NCBI GenBank assembly: GCA_051362555.1
Contig: CM120640.1
Location: 68,364,788 to 68,428,787, forward strand
Length of the DNA stretch: 64,000 bases
Origin: Lingula anatina
Taxonomy: Eukaryota; Animalia; Brachiopoda
Direction of reading: 5' to 3'
Part shown: positions 1-21,000 of the stretch, piece by piece
How positions within the stretch are numbered: the stretch's first letter is position 1
Layout of the letters: each line of letters opens with the position of its first letter
The notes under the pieces: generated by a model
What the model was told of the DNA's origin: nothing
What the model saw: the letters and a program-made list of their open reading frames with translations, nothing else
Database searches by the model: none
Made by a program: the position numbers and the translations under genes

Positions 1-405
1 TCTGTTATCTAGATTTCATTGTTTAAAGCAAAGCTGGTCATCTACATGACAGGAAAGGAATGTTACCGCAAACCACCCTTTAAGGTAAACATACATGCCA
101 AATTACACATGTTACACATGTATAATGTGAGAAGTCCAACCTAAAGACCTGTAGAATTGTGGCTACCATTTGCCCCTTAGAATAATGCTCCATGATAGTG
201 TCTGTCATTTCTGTTAAGACCAGTATACACCTAGATTTTCAACAAAAGTAGGAGAAAAAGCCCGTGGATTTTATATTTTTCAACCACCAGCATAGAGCTG
301 TAAGTACTTTGAGTCCTTGCTCTGGGATGATAGTATTTTAAGACAAGGGTAATTTTTCTTCTAACAGAACTTTCTCTTTTATAAAGCACTTGACAATATT
401 AGTTA

Positions 406-8880
<8,475 letters not shown>

Positions 8881-9138
8881 TGTGCCGATGTACAGATTAT
8901 ACTGAAACAATGAAAATAATTATAAAATAATAAAAATTCCACCTTGTGATACATATACTACTTAATTAGTACTAAAAATCTGCATACTTAAAAACATGAT
9001 GTATAAAGACATGCAGACAGAATTGGGTAACAATAAATGAGCCTGGCACTTTCCTATGCATGTCTAACCATTTTGTGAGATATGATGCAGACAAACAGAT
9101 ATCATTTTGAGCTGCCATTGCAAGAGTAACACTACTAA

Positions 9139-11483
9139 GGGACCATTCCCAAACCCTCTAAAGGCTCTTGTACTAACTGTGTTTCGAACTATCTCCGATG
9201 GGATTCTTGCTGAATCGCAATCAATTTAACAGCCATTCCACGAAAAAGGGTACAATTCTGAATAATATTACCTGTCGCAGCTTATTTTCGGTAGTAAAAG
9301 CATCTGCAATTTTGCTTTTTTTAGCCTTTTTTAGCAGGACCCGAAGTGTTCTACTTAAAAAACAATAATTAATATAGTAACACTTGCTTTGACGGGAACC
9401 CCGGGGGTCTATATGCCGCAAAAAGCACGATTTCGACATGTCACTTCGGTATTATAGCTGATTTGCCACAAGAAAAAGTTTATATTTTCCAGTGTTTTAG
9501 TGTTTTTAGTCCTCAACTAATTTGAATTCATGTTTCTTTTTATCATACATGGTGTTCTCTGTCGAATTTGTTGGTTAGTTACGTCACTGTCATAGTTTAA
9601 TCAATGTTGCTCAGTAACCCCTAACCTCCGTAACGCTTTTTCAAGTCAATGTAAGAATAAAAGAAAATGCCCTTAAATGGCCTTCCTGTGCATTTTTCAA
9701 ACTCATAATACATGAAGTTTAATAAAACAGTGCTATTTGTTAATTTTGAATGATGCGTTCCATCATAGAGAATGTTAACTCACAAAAGTCGGGGTGTTGC
9801 ATTTAAGAGCCTAACCTCAGTAACGGACCAAATTTGAAGAAAATGTTGCTTTAGAAAGTTTAAAACATCATTTTTGTTAAGCAAGGACCAACTTCTTCCT
9901 AAAAAATCCATTCAATAGTTATGCAAAGTTATCCCGAGGATAAAAACTGAAAAAGAATGCGTGTCACCTTATGTCTGTTATGCTAACCTCCGTTACGAAA
10001 TAAGTTAATTGTTATAAAAATGACTGCTAATACTTTAAAACGTTATTTCTGTGGTTTTGTGAGTTAATTCTGATCATATAAGTAGTTCTACTTCTATGTT
10101 CTGATGTAGTATGCATTCATACCTCTTGCTGTTAAAGACATTACCCCGTATTAATATAGATTTTATTGTCGGCCTACTTGATTGTATACATTAACTTTCT
10201 CGGGTATTGTGTTGTTTTTTATTGCATATAGCTGCGATCACGTACATGTAGGTTTAGTGTTTTGTTATACAGACACCAATATGCCACTTACAAATACAGA
10301 GCGACAAAAACACTACAGAGAAAGAAAAAAAATCTAATGACCGCGAAGCTTTTCTTGTGAAAGATTTTGAACGGTTTAAATGTATGACATAATTTAGACT
10401 AGAGTTTTACCTTACCTCTGTTACTAAGATTATAAATTAAACTCTTACTATGGTAAAATATGGAATGTGAATTCTACAGATACATAGATCAACATATTAG
10501 CGGTGAAATGTATCCAGTAGTGGTAAATGTATTTATGTAGTCCCTGAAAGTAAGCAAAACAACCCGTTGTAACCATTTGCCATTTATTGGTTTAAATAAA
10601 TATGTTTTATCAATTTTTCTATGTTATTATGTAAATTTGTCGTATCTGTAATACTATAAATTCCGAATTCAACTTCTAAAGTCTATTTTAAGCTAAAAAT
10701 ATCAAAACAAATATGATCGCTGACCTATGTAGAATGACCTAACCTCCGTTACGAAATTACTCATTTTTTATCTGAACATTGGATATGTGTGTGCTCATTG
10801 ATCAATGCTCATATCATAATAGATTGATAGCACTTTGTTCATAAACAAATAGTATGATAAAAAAGCAAGTCTGTCCCCAACAATTAATAAAATATTTAAA
10901 TTGGAATATCTCAGGCTTTGTATTTATAGAAAACGAGCCACTTATTACCAATGTGTTTGCACCGCATTTTCTATAATTGAAGAGAAATCTTAAATGGGCA
11001 ATAATATTTTGAATACATACAAAATCTTAATAATTGAATCAAATATGGAGCCTGTGACCTTTGGCATGATTGAAATATAACCTAATTTAGATGTTACCTA
11101 ACCTCCATAACGAAAAATATACTGTACCATGTTTACACGTGCATATTTCTTTAAATACAGTAATGGTGTGGGTTAAAATTCTTCTACTACTCTCTGAATA
11201 CCTCTTCATCAAAATAATATAAAAAGTTTTCCAGTTTTGCAAAGTTCATATCACTGCATTTCTTGTATTAGAATTGTACCCCTTTTCGTGGAATGGCCGT
11301 TAAGTGGCTTAATTAGATGTCTGTCACGCCTACTGAAGCTGCCAGAGGGTAATTAATTATCGTTAAGCAGCTTCAGTAAACGTGCCAGACATCTAAGCAG
11401 CTTAAGCTGAGACAAATTTAGCGACAAACCCCATCGTAGATGGGTCGATTCTGTTAGATCGATCTAGGTATGGGAACCCAGTC
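9139..11483. mobile_element. Short PIF/Harbinger-like MITE (3-bp TAA TSD) split by a 2-kb nested insertion
   Basis: TAA|GGGACCATTCCCA ... TGGGAACCCAGTC|TAA; related copies at ~19347-19547 and ~27009-27103 (the latter flanked by AAA). Confidence 0.6.
9230..11299. mobile_element. TTAA-flanked non-autonomous TIR element (piggyBac/Kolobok-type target site)
   Basis: TTAA|CAGCCATTCCACGAAAAAGGGTACAATTC ... GAATTGTACCCCTTTTCGTGGAATGGCCG|TTAA; ~29-bp TIR; five same-orientation internal CTAACCTCCGTAACG-like motifs. Confidence 0.8.
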
Positions 11484-11628
11484 TAACAGTACTAGTACAG
11501 TACTAGTACACTGTCTCAATCATCACTCAGTTGCAGCACCACAAAACTTTCAGCGTCAAAACATCATCAGCACGAAAAAAATAACAGGTTTCTTGCCACA
11601 CCACTGCAAGGCAGAAAAAAATACTTAC

Positions 11629-11987
11629 CAGTTTAGGTATCTGAGATGTGCCTTGTTAGTGTCATGCAGTTTTAGTGGTGTCTTACTAGGTGTCCAACCA
11701 AACAAACCGCCATGATGGTATGTTGTTTGCAACGAGATACTACGTGAATTGCGCTATAAGTCTCGTTATGGTTCTTGAAAAGCGATATTATTATAGCTAT
11801 CATTACAGAGGTCATTTCGCGGAATACATTGTTTCCGGTAAATGGCAAACTACGCATGCGTACTTCTCGCACGTGGAGCATTCGTTGTCTACCGCCATTT
11901 TTATTTACAGTGTGAAAGGAGCTTTGTCTTCGCGAAGATTTGCTCTTAAATTTTTTGCTTCCTGTTTCTCATAAGCAGGTTAGAATA
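11629..11987. promoter_or_regulatory. Probable bidirectional promoter for SNRPE (+) and CAPS2-like (-), including a putative non-coding CAPS2 first exon
   Basis: CpG-rich. NRF1-like palindrome TACGCATGCGTA 11851-11862, E-box CACGTG 11870, YY1-type CCGCCATTTT 11892, palindrome TCTTCGCGAAGA 11927-11938, ETS-like TTCCGG ~11833. Minus-strand donor CTG|GTAAGT at 11629/11628. Confidence 0.55.
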
Positions 11988-13349
11988 ATGGCGTACAAAG
12001 GAGGGAAAGTGCAGAAGGTTATGGTGCAGCCAATTGTATCCTTACTGGCTGTGGAGGGAGTATTATCAATGATAAACTTTACCGGCGAGCTTAAAACTTT
12101 GACAAACCTTCAGTCACCTGACGGTATTGCATGATTAGGGTCTTTTCTGTTGTTGTTTCTCTTCAATTTGTTAATAGTTTATGCTTCAGTATATTGCACC
12201 GTTGTTGGTAATACTAGGTGGTAGATATGTTTTGAGTACGATTTTGTTATTTCCGCAATCAGATATCTTTGGCATGTTAACCATCGTTCTAATCCATGAG
12301 AACATTAATCCGGTCAGTTTTATCAAACGTTTGAAATCTTATGCCCTTAACATATTTGCAGAATTTAATTTTTAGGTACCTGCAAAACGTAAGTAACCTT
12401 TTTGATTTAATTTAAATTCTTGACATAATGGTGATTGTTGCATTGTATTTGTATTGCATTGTTTACAGACGGCGTTTAACTACTACTCTGGCAGTCTTTA
12501 TAGTACAGCATAATTTTGAACTTTGTTTTACAGAGATCACGCATCCAGGTCTGGCTTTATGATCAGGTTAACTTGAGGATAGAAGGCTGCATTGTGGTAA
12601 GATGGCATACTTAATGGGAACTTATACTGTACCCCCCCCCCCCTCACTTAGGAACTGAAGACTATTCATCTACTAGTTCAAAACACTGAAAACCAATGTC
12701 TTTTAAGGTTGGGTGGGATGCTGCAAAACTACTTAATTGTTTCACGGGGTATTAACTAGGAAATAAAATGAAATGTTACATGCTTTTTAATATCTTATAT
12801 TTCACTGAAAAGAGTATGAACAGTGTATCGTGCTTAGATATAATTTCACATCCACTACAATGTCTATGGATAGTAATATTATCAATTTGATTGCTATCTC
12901 TCTCTTGCTCCTGTATCAAAGAGAAAAAAAAACATAAATATGATTTCATTACATTCTTGAAATTGTACAATTATATTTTGGTGTGATAAACATGTTGTTT
13001 TGTGTTCTAGGGATTTGATGAATACATGAATCTAGTTCTGGATGAAGGGGAAGAGGTTCACATGAAGACAAAAAACAGAAAACCTTTAGGTAAGAGATTA
13101 ATTTGCTACGCAATTTTCTTATGAACTCATCAGGTTTTCAGATGTTATTTCACTGCATTTCATGTTAAACATAATTTTGGCAATCCAGTATATATTTATA
13201 ATATTGTTCATCTATACTTCTGCCTTGGTGATGCATTTTCTATTTAGAAATATTTCAATTGTATAAATTTTCATGTTTTTCTTACAGGAAGAATATTGTT
13301 AAAAGGAGACAACATCACATTGATACAGTCTGTGCAGACAGTAGAATGA
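11988..13349 (+). CDS. SNRPE: Small nuclear ribonucleoprotein E (Sm-E), 92 aa, 5 exons
   Basis: Exons 11988-12035 ([16 protein letters not shown]), 12362-12388 (NLIFRYLQN), 12534-12596 ([21 protein letters not shown]), 13011-13089 ([17 protein letters not shown]...), 13288-13349 ([13 protein letters not shown]...TGA); Sm1/Sm2 motifs unmistakable. Confidence 0.97.
12036..12361 (+). other. U12-type (minor spliceosome) GT-AG intron 1 of SNRPE
   Basis: 5' site GTATCCTT; branch-like CCCTTAAC at ~12344-12351, 10 nt before the acceptor end; no polypyrimidine tract. Confidence 0.9.
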
Positions 13350-15001
13350 CCAATGGCATAGTGAACTGGGAAAAAAAAACACTGACAAACTGCTGGCTGA
13401 TAGCAAGATGTGAAAAGGAAGGTCCTTTCAGAAGAATGTGCAGGAACAGTGAGACAGCACCTGTTTGAAATAAACATTCTCTCCTGCTATTGCCCGATAT
13501 GTCAGCAGTTGTTTTGCAGGGAAATTCATATGGACGTATGCTTAACTGTTAGGATAATTCGGAATATATTCTCATCAAGTGATAATATCAAGCAAAGTGT
13601 CTGAAACGCATCATAAAATTCATCAATGTTCAGAAGTCTGTTCTTTGCAAATATGGTAAATGATTAGCCAGGTATAAAAACTGTAAATAATTTCTTTTTT
13701 ATACTGAGTGGCCCGTTTAGATTAGGAGTGTATTATTTTAATAAAATAGAGAAGTTAACAGAATTTCTGATGATCTTGTTATAAAAAGCAACCAGCAGCT
13801 CAGTGTCATCTTCATCCTAATGCATGTTAAACTTGCTTATCTGCAGATGCTCTTAGCAAGATGGGGATGACATTTTGACAATGATTGAATGTCTTTCCCT
13901 AATGAAATTGGTTTTTGTGTATTGATGGTTGGGTGGCAATGATGTGGAGTTAAAGGTTGGTGGCCATTTCTTCCAGATAAAAGTGGAAATCAAAGAAACG
14001 AAAATACCAACATAAAGGTCCTTAATGCAAGAATAACCTGCCAAAACGAATTTCCCTCCTGGGGGAAAAGCGCAAATTTCTCCTACTCGCAAAGTATTCC
14101 TTTAACCTGTTCGTGCTCTAAGATTTGCCGTTTTATTTCATTTATAATTCAATTAGCTCTAAATTACAATTTTGAACACAGTCTTCCTGTATATTTTGGA
14201 AGGAGCGTAAGGTGCCTTTTTTGGGGTGGGGAAGGAGATATGGTTGTTTTGCAGGATGTGTAGACAAAAAATTTTTTTTTAGGAAATTCTCAATCGTGTA
14301 CCGTGTACGTTTTAACTGTTTAGATTTGCCTGAGGCCTCCTGGCTGCACAATTTTGCCTGCAATCATTGTTGCTAGCTACGTAAATCTGTCAAAACTTTT
14401 GCTATTTATAAAAGCACCGTATATAACTAGCGTGTGTTGGGTGATGCATTACTTTAGTATCATGTTACACGTGGTCGGTAACATCACCACCCAACCCCAC
14501 CTGTCCTTAGTTATATGTAGCCTTGACCTTAATCTAAGGGCTCGTCCCCAATGAAACCATCGTTCTACTTGGATTGATCCAATTTCGCGGGTACTCGCTG
14601 AATTCAACCAGTTATGCAGATCGACACGTCTCCTCTGGCGTTCAGTAGAATCAGAAAAGTACGGGCTGATTGACTTATAGTTGCAGACGGTTGACAGGCA
14701 AATCTTTCTTTTATATCTTGATTACGAAACGCTTCCACCAGGTGAATCTCGCGACAGTGTAAAGATCTGATAAGCACTGTAAAGCATATTTAAGTAAATA
14801 ATAGAATTACATGTAGTTATTTGGTATAAAATACCTAAATATTAGAATAATGTAGTTTAATGTTGATAATCAAGAGAATGTGATTGAAGCATGTTATGTT
14901 GGATGCAGCACATTGTAGTGAACCGTTAATTGGTACTGATAACATAAATTTGAATACATGTCATTTACATATTCGTTCAATTATAAATATATCCAAATGT
15001 A

Positions 15002-16853
15002 CGGTGGCCCACAAGTGCATTCCAAATTCCAAACGACACTCCCAATTCTAAACCTCACACCGAATACTTAAACTTCACTCTCAATTCTTAAACCCCACTC
15101 CGAATTCGTAAACCTCACTCCGAATTCGTAAACCCCACTCCGAATTCGTAAACCTCACTCCGAATTCGTAAACCTCACTCCGAATTGAAAAAGCTCACTC
15201 CGAATTCGTAAACCTCACTCCGAATTCATATTTTAACCCCGTTCACTGCCGTAGATGGGCTAGGGGATTTTGCCAATAGAGGGCTTCGTGTGAAAACTAG
15301 TTATTTTTCATACTACTTGGTGCGCTGTATTCCCATTCACAAAATGATGACGTAGACGTATGACCCTTTTAAGCTCAAGGAAATAGAAGAAATGAAGAAA
15401 ATAGGGATAAACATACATGTACTTAACAGCAAGTCACAATTAAAATATATTATGTTTACGTGTTTTCTTGTGTGTGTCGTTTTAAGGAATTATACATGTA
15501 TTATGAATATGAGAACAGAATTACGAGTTGAAACAGCGTTGGAAGGAACAGATTTATGCACTACATGTATGTAAATAATCGTGCGTTATTTATTATTTAC
15601 AACTTCAAGCATTTTCACATGATTATTTTGAAATGAATGTTTAATACAGATAACATGTTTCAGGGTGTCGACATTGGCTTATATTATTTATAAATGGGCA
15701 AAACAATCCGTATTATCATATACTGTAGGCCTACACATGTACCTGTTATATAACCGAGTATACTTGATAATAGTAATTAGTAGCCCCTCACTCTTTTGCA
15801 GCTGAAATATTCATCTAAGATCATAGATAATCTAATAATTGAAATTAATCAGATTAATTACACTTTATTAATCGATTTCGAATGAATAATATGCAGTGGT
15901 GGATGGGGGGGGGGGGGGGGGAGGCGTGTGAGGGGGGTCTTGACCCCCCTTTTGAATTCTGTAAAAAAAAAATCACACCAATGTTAAAATTAGAATTTTG
16001 AATAATAGTTCTAAAACGTACCAAATAGCACTGTTCGCCCTATAAGGGGGGGGGGGGGGGTAGCTCTGCATGTGCAGCCTGTCATTCAAAAAAAAAAAAA
16101 AAAAAAAAAAAAAAAACAGATCCCCCTTCAAATAATCCTGGATCCACCCCTGACATGTATGGATTATTAGTAGTATCAATCCTATGTTGAGAAAATTGGG
16201 AGCAGTGTCACTTAATTTGTCCTTTTATTTATAATGGTAAACCTGTAAATTGCTTCTTGCCCCCAATTTGTGTCCCTGGCGAGAGAGAGTGTGTGTATGT
16301 GTGTGTGTGTAATTGTGAAAAATACTGAAAATAGTTGGAGAAGTCAATTGACCTTGTGAGGTAAACTGTTGGTTTATTTTCGTAAGGTATGTATCACGCA
16401 AACCAAAATGTAACACAATTCGCACTGTTTGCTAAAACTCTCGAACCTTTCACTGGAAGCGCCCAGCTAAAAAAAATTATTTGTCCCAGACGAATTACTG
16501 TTTCATAAGATTTCTCGAAGAGAACTTTGATGAGAATGGGCATAGTGGATTTGGGAGTGAGCTTTTTGAATTCGGAGTGAGGTTTACCGATTCGGAGTGA
16601 GGTTTGCGAATTCGGAGTGAGCTTTTTCAATTCGGAGTGAGGTTTACGAATTCGGAGTGAGGTTTGCGAATTCGGAGTGAGCTTTTTCAATTCGGAGTGA
16701 GGTTTGCGAATTCGGAGTGGGGTTTACGAATTCGGAGTGAGGTTTACGAATTCGGAGTGAGGTTTAAGAATTGAGAGTGAAGTTTAAGTATTCGGTGTGA
16801 GGTTTAGAATTGGGAGTGTCGTTTGGAATTTGGAGTGCACTTGTGGGCCACCG
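15002..16853. mobile_element. Foldback-like non-autonomous DNA transposon with long TIRs built from 20-bp tandem repeats
   Basis: TA|CGGTGGCCCACAAGTGCATTCCAAATTCC ... GGAATTTGGAGTGCACTTGTGGGCCACCG; arrays of CGAATTCGTAAACCTCACTC at ~15040-15228 and their reverse complement at ~16550-16820. Confidence 0.85.
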
Positions 16854-17290
16854 CACAAATGGATCTAAGCATGACAGTTTGCATGCGGTGAACTATTAAT
16901 AGTATTGAGAGCTAATTTCCATATATGTGATTTACACATTCGTTAATGCAAATTGTATCCACAATTAAATTTTAAGGTCTTAAGGCATGGCATGTCGCAT
17001 GTCAATAATAGAAGTTAATCTAAAATGTAAATTAGAGAGACTGAGAGAGAGGGACAGATACCACAGAGAGAGATGGTAGAAGAAACCTGAGTCTTCAGTC
17101 GGTTGAATAAATCATGTAGCAGAAAACTATTCCTGACTGTCTCAGTTGACTTATTGGTGAAAAAGTAACTCTAAGAAGGTGTGTATAACCTCCGACTGGT
17201 TATTACAACATGCATATTTTAATACGCCGAGAAACGAGCCCACTTTGGAAATAAATCCATCAACTCGATCGGCTCTAGTTTAGGAGGCAT

Positions 17291-18030
17291 CCCAGCGGGC
17301 AAATTATGTTGTTTTAATGTTGAAACAACGTTGAACCATAACGTTGAGTAGACATTGAATAAACGTTGGATTTGAAAGTTGTGTCAACCTCAGATAACAA
17401 CGTTGTATCAACGTCAGAAAACAATGTTATATCAACCCCACCCAGCGGGACATTAGCCTGGATGTGTTTAGCAGTAGGACATGTTTGATGGCTAAATATA
17501 TGTAGGGTATAAATGTATGGCCTTTAAGTTGGAATTTCCAAGATTTATATATATATAAATATATATATATAACAAAGTCACAGTCACCTCAACCTGTCTA
17601 TCTAAACAGGTTACCAAGAACTGTTAACTCCATCACATTTACAGCAACTTATTCATCCTAGTGTTAGCTGACCTTGCAAGCAATTCAGTTTATTGGAATG
17701 TATTTCTGAATAACAAGTTAAGAAAATTCACTAGTTCACTACACACAAAACAACTGTCAATTTTACTTTAAAACCATTTTGTTATTATTTTGATAAATTT
17801 AGTTACAGTATTGATAAACAAAGTATCACGTTTTCAATAATTAATATTTTAAATTACAATCCATAACTGCAAGGTTGTGTCATTAACCAAAATACAACGT
17901 TGAGTCAACGTCACAGTGTTTCGACGTGGCTGGATCAACATTGATTTGACGTTGAATTTAGGTAGATCAACGGCAATTCAACGTATCAACCTGTTTTCAA
18001 CGTTGATCCAACGCAACTATGCCTGCTGGG
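17291..18030. mobile_element. CCCAG-terminal MITE (CMC/EnSpm-like, 2-bp AT TSD) with CAACGTTG subterminal motifs
   Basis: AT|CCCAGCGGGCA ... TGCCTGCTGGG|AT; repeated AACGTT/TCAACG motifs at both ends. Confidence 0.7.
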
Positions 18031-18293
18031 ATCCATCATACTGTTTGTATGTTTGTTTGTTTGTTTTTTTCTGCATAACCTTGTTTGAGGATAACGGTGT
18101 CATCATTGCCAGAAAGAGACATTTTGACCAGGTTTATCGCTTGCTTGTATTTTTATAAACGTTGGGGAACGACACAGCTCATTTGGGTCGACGCGTGAGA
18201 CTACATGTAGTAGCTGTCCTTAAGACATCGCTTTCGTATTTTGTCGTTGAACGTGCAGGTGAAAACTTGCCTGGCCTAATAAAAGAATGCCTA

Positions 18294-18391
18294 CCCAGCA
18301 GACAAACGACATTGATTCACCTTTGAATCAACGTTAATTTTGGTGGATCAACGTTGAATCAACGTAGAATCAATGTCGTTTGCCTGCTGGG
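18294..18391. mobile_element. 98-bp minimal member of the CCCAG MITE family
   Basis: TA|CCCAGCAGACAAACGACATTGATTC ... GAATCAATGTCGTTTGCCTGCTGGG|TA. Confidence 0.75.
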
Positions 18392-18528
18392 TATGTATAC
18401 ACAACTCAATCTTTTGTAAGAGGGATTATATACTGGTATTTTTAAAGGCGCCCAAAAAATCAACACTTCAACTAAGATTTGTTCAGGTCATCTGTCACAC
18501 AGTTCATACAAGGGTATTTAGGAACATC

Positions 18529-18607
18529 ATGGACGGTGCAAACTTTACGGCGCAGCGTTTGCTCTTCTTGTTTTTTAGCATCATCGTATTTTCAGCGACC
18601 CAAGCAG
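18529..18607 (+). CDS. Orphan duplicate of laccase-A exon 1 (signal peptide); alternative first exon or gene remnant
   Basis: [26 protein letters not shown] with intact donor CAG|GTAAGT; near-identical to 25116-25194 including several hundred bp of flank. Confidence 0.7.
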
Positions 18608-18845
18608 GTAAGTCGACGTAAATGACGTTGAGTCACGTAGAAAACAATGGTGTTTTTAATGTGATATGAGTAGTTTTAATTACAGTTGTAAGTCATTTCT
18701 TAACATAACGTTTATGTAATATGAAGGGCTGTTCCATAACATGTCACATATATAGACAAAAGGGTTGCCATGTGTGGAAATTTGATTTGATTTGATTTGA
18801 ATGACTTTATTGGGTACAAGATTATATACAAGATTTTTAAAAGAG

Positions 18846-18991
18846 CATAATAAAACAACTTACAACTAATAGTACGACGTCACTTTAAAATAATGCAAAA
18901 ATAAGATTGTTGCATTCGCATAATAAAACAACTTAAAACTAATAGTACGACGTCACTTTAAAATAATGCAAAAATAAGATTGTTGCATTCG
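18846..18991 (+). repeat. Two-copy ~73-bp tandem duplication next to a (TTTGA)n LINE-tail-like insertion
   Basis: CATAATAAAACAACTTAcAACTAATAGTACGACGTCACTTTAAAATAATGCAAAAATAAGATTGTTGCATTCG repeated twice; segment absent from the paralogous region near 25380. Confidence 0.75.
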
Positions 18992-19770
18992 TGAACAAAA
19001 ATATAGATTTTCCTTTATTGGGTCATAAGAAAAGTGTTTGAAGTGGCATTTTTACCGACGATCTTGCCAATGTTAAGATTCCGTGTTAGAGCAGCCCAAA
19101 GGGCGCATTTCTCATAGGAGGGAGTTTATATTTTGTAAATAACCTCTGTGTAACTAGTAAGATAAAAGCTATATATAACTAGTGTATTGGAATCTGCAAT
19201 GGTAGAGTGGGAAATGAAATTAAAAGAAACAATTTCATTAAAAACTGGACCCAAGTTTCCAAGTTTATTGCTTATCGACAGACAATAAATCCTCATTTGT
19301 TAGCTCATGGTGTTTGAAAGCAAACCACCAATATTCCGGAGTATAAGACACCATTCCCACAGATTTTCGATCGATCAATCTCACTAGATTACTGTCAGCT
19401 TAGCCGGCTTAAGCGTCTGTCCCGCCTACTAAAAGCTGTAAGGGGGTAATTAACTGTCGTGCGCGCTCGGCTGACTGCAATTTAGCGTGAACCCCCAGGG
19501 AGTTAGGTCGATCCGGATAGATGATCTAAATCTCTGGGAATGCACTCTAAGAGGCTAACTTTCAGACGTCTCCGCTCTTCGCCACACAACCTGGCTATGG
19601 AGACTGGGTCGGTGTGCCCGTATCACTAGAAAAGAGAGATCGTGTGTTTGCGGGATATCAGTACAAACGGAGAGGCATGGCCTCAACTTCAATAGTGCAC
19701 ATGCGTAAGCAATGTGAAGGCCCCGTGGAGATTGTTGTAGATTTTGTACAAAGCGTGTTAACAGTATTTA

Positions 19771-20998
19771 CAGGGGGGGGGGGGGGGTTGACAAGGGAAA
19801 TAGCTGGATTTGTTAGTTTTTGAAAACTGAATTGTGAAAACTGATTGTGTCAAGTGAGTATCTTCATTTTAGGCATAGACTGATAAAGGTTCATTAATCT
19901 TCTGGGGGCTATGTTGACCCAGGTTCGGAAGACATTTTGGATTAGAGCGTTTCTGGGGCGATCATTTGCCACTTGATTTCCAATATCTTGCCACAGGTTT
20001 TCAATGGGGTTTGTGTCTGGTGATTGGACAGGCCAGTCCACTTGTTGATACGATGCTGGTACAGCCACTCTTGTACTGCCCTGGCCCTGTGTGGTGTAGC
20101 GTTATCATATTGAAATATAAGCGGATGGCTCTGTACCCAAAGATGTTTATACCTATGCTAAAAGGTGCTTGTCGAGAATTTCAATGTCTCGCTTGTGTTC
20201 ACGTTTCCATTTATCAACACCAGCTCACCAATACCGTAGAAATCAATGCACCCCCTTACCATTATTGAAGTGGACTGTCTAGTGAGGAAATGCATATTCT
20301 CTGGCAGATGACAAGTGGATGATGTTCATCATACCCTCACTTGTCCACCCACGCTGTTAACTGTGAATATGGACTTGTCAGAAAAAACCAAATGGCACCA
20401 ATTCTGACCCACTGTCCAGGTAATGGTTCTTGCAGCTCTGTTTACCAAGGTAATGAGTGGCTTCCTCTTCGAAACCCGGCTGTGTATACCTGAAGCATGG
20501 AACCTTCTTTGTACAGTTCTTTTGCTAACCCCAACCTGCAAACTGCCCGACCACTGCAACGTTAATTTCCTGCACGGCTCATACCTCCTAATCCTTGACA
20601 GCATAAAAAGGCGCCTGACGTATCTGGCATAAACCTTCCTTGGGCGGCCACTTCGGTGTAATTTATGGGCATCAACAGTGTCCTCCATTCTTCTGCAAAC
20701 CCTATACACAGTCTGGCGAGATACACCATATCTGGCAGCTATCTGGGTTAAATTGATTCCCTCCTCCCTCTGAGAAACAATTTGATTTCTTTCTTCTTTT
20801 GTGACCTCCCGTACCTTCAACATGGCGGCAACGTGACAGCTAGAAGGGCCTTTTACCTTCGGAGGCACCGTTTATAGCACACATGGATGAGAACTCATCA
20901 CTGGTAAAGTGAGCAATAAACCGAAAAACACGCTGATTCTCCCCATGTCACATAGAGCAATATTTACACAGGTGTTGCAATACTTATGTCAACCCCCT
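19771..20998 (-). mobile_element. Tc1-family transposon, full-length but decayed
   Basis: TIRs TA|CAGGGG..GTTGACA and TGTCAACCCCCT; HTH region (LTQIAARYGVSRQTVYR, RSGRPRK, LVFSD) at 20329-20868; WPVQSPDTNPIENLW at ~20000-20045; frameshifts and stops between. Confidence 0.9.
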
Positions 20999-21000
20999 AT

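Noticed and set aside
16394-16690. 98-aa ORF with KKLTPNSQTSLRI repeats
   Set aside because: Translation of the 20-bp tandem array
15040-16820. 20-bp repeat arrays as a CRISPR array
   Set aside because: Units are directly tandem without unique spacers, form inverted arms of a TIR element, and the context is eukaryotic with no cas genes
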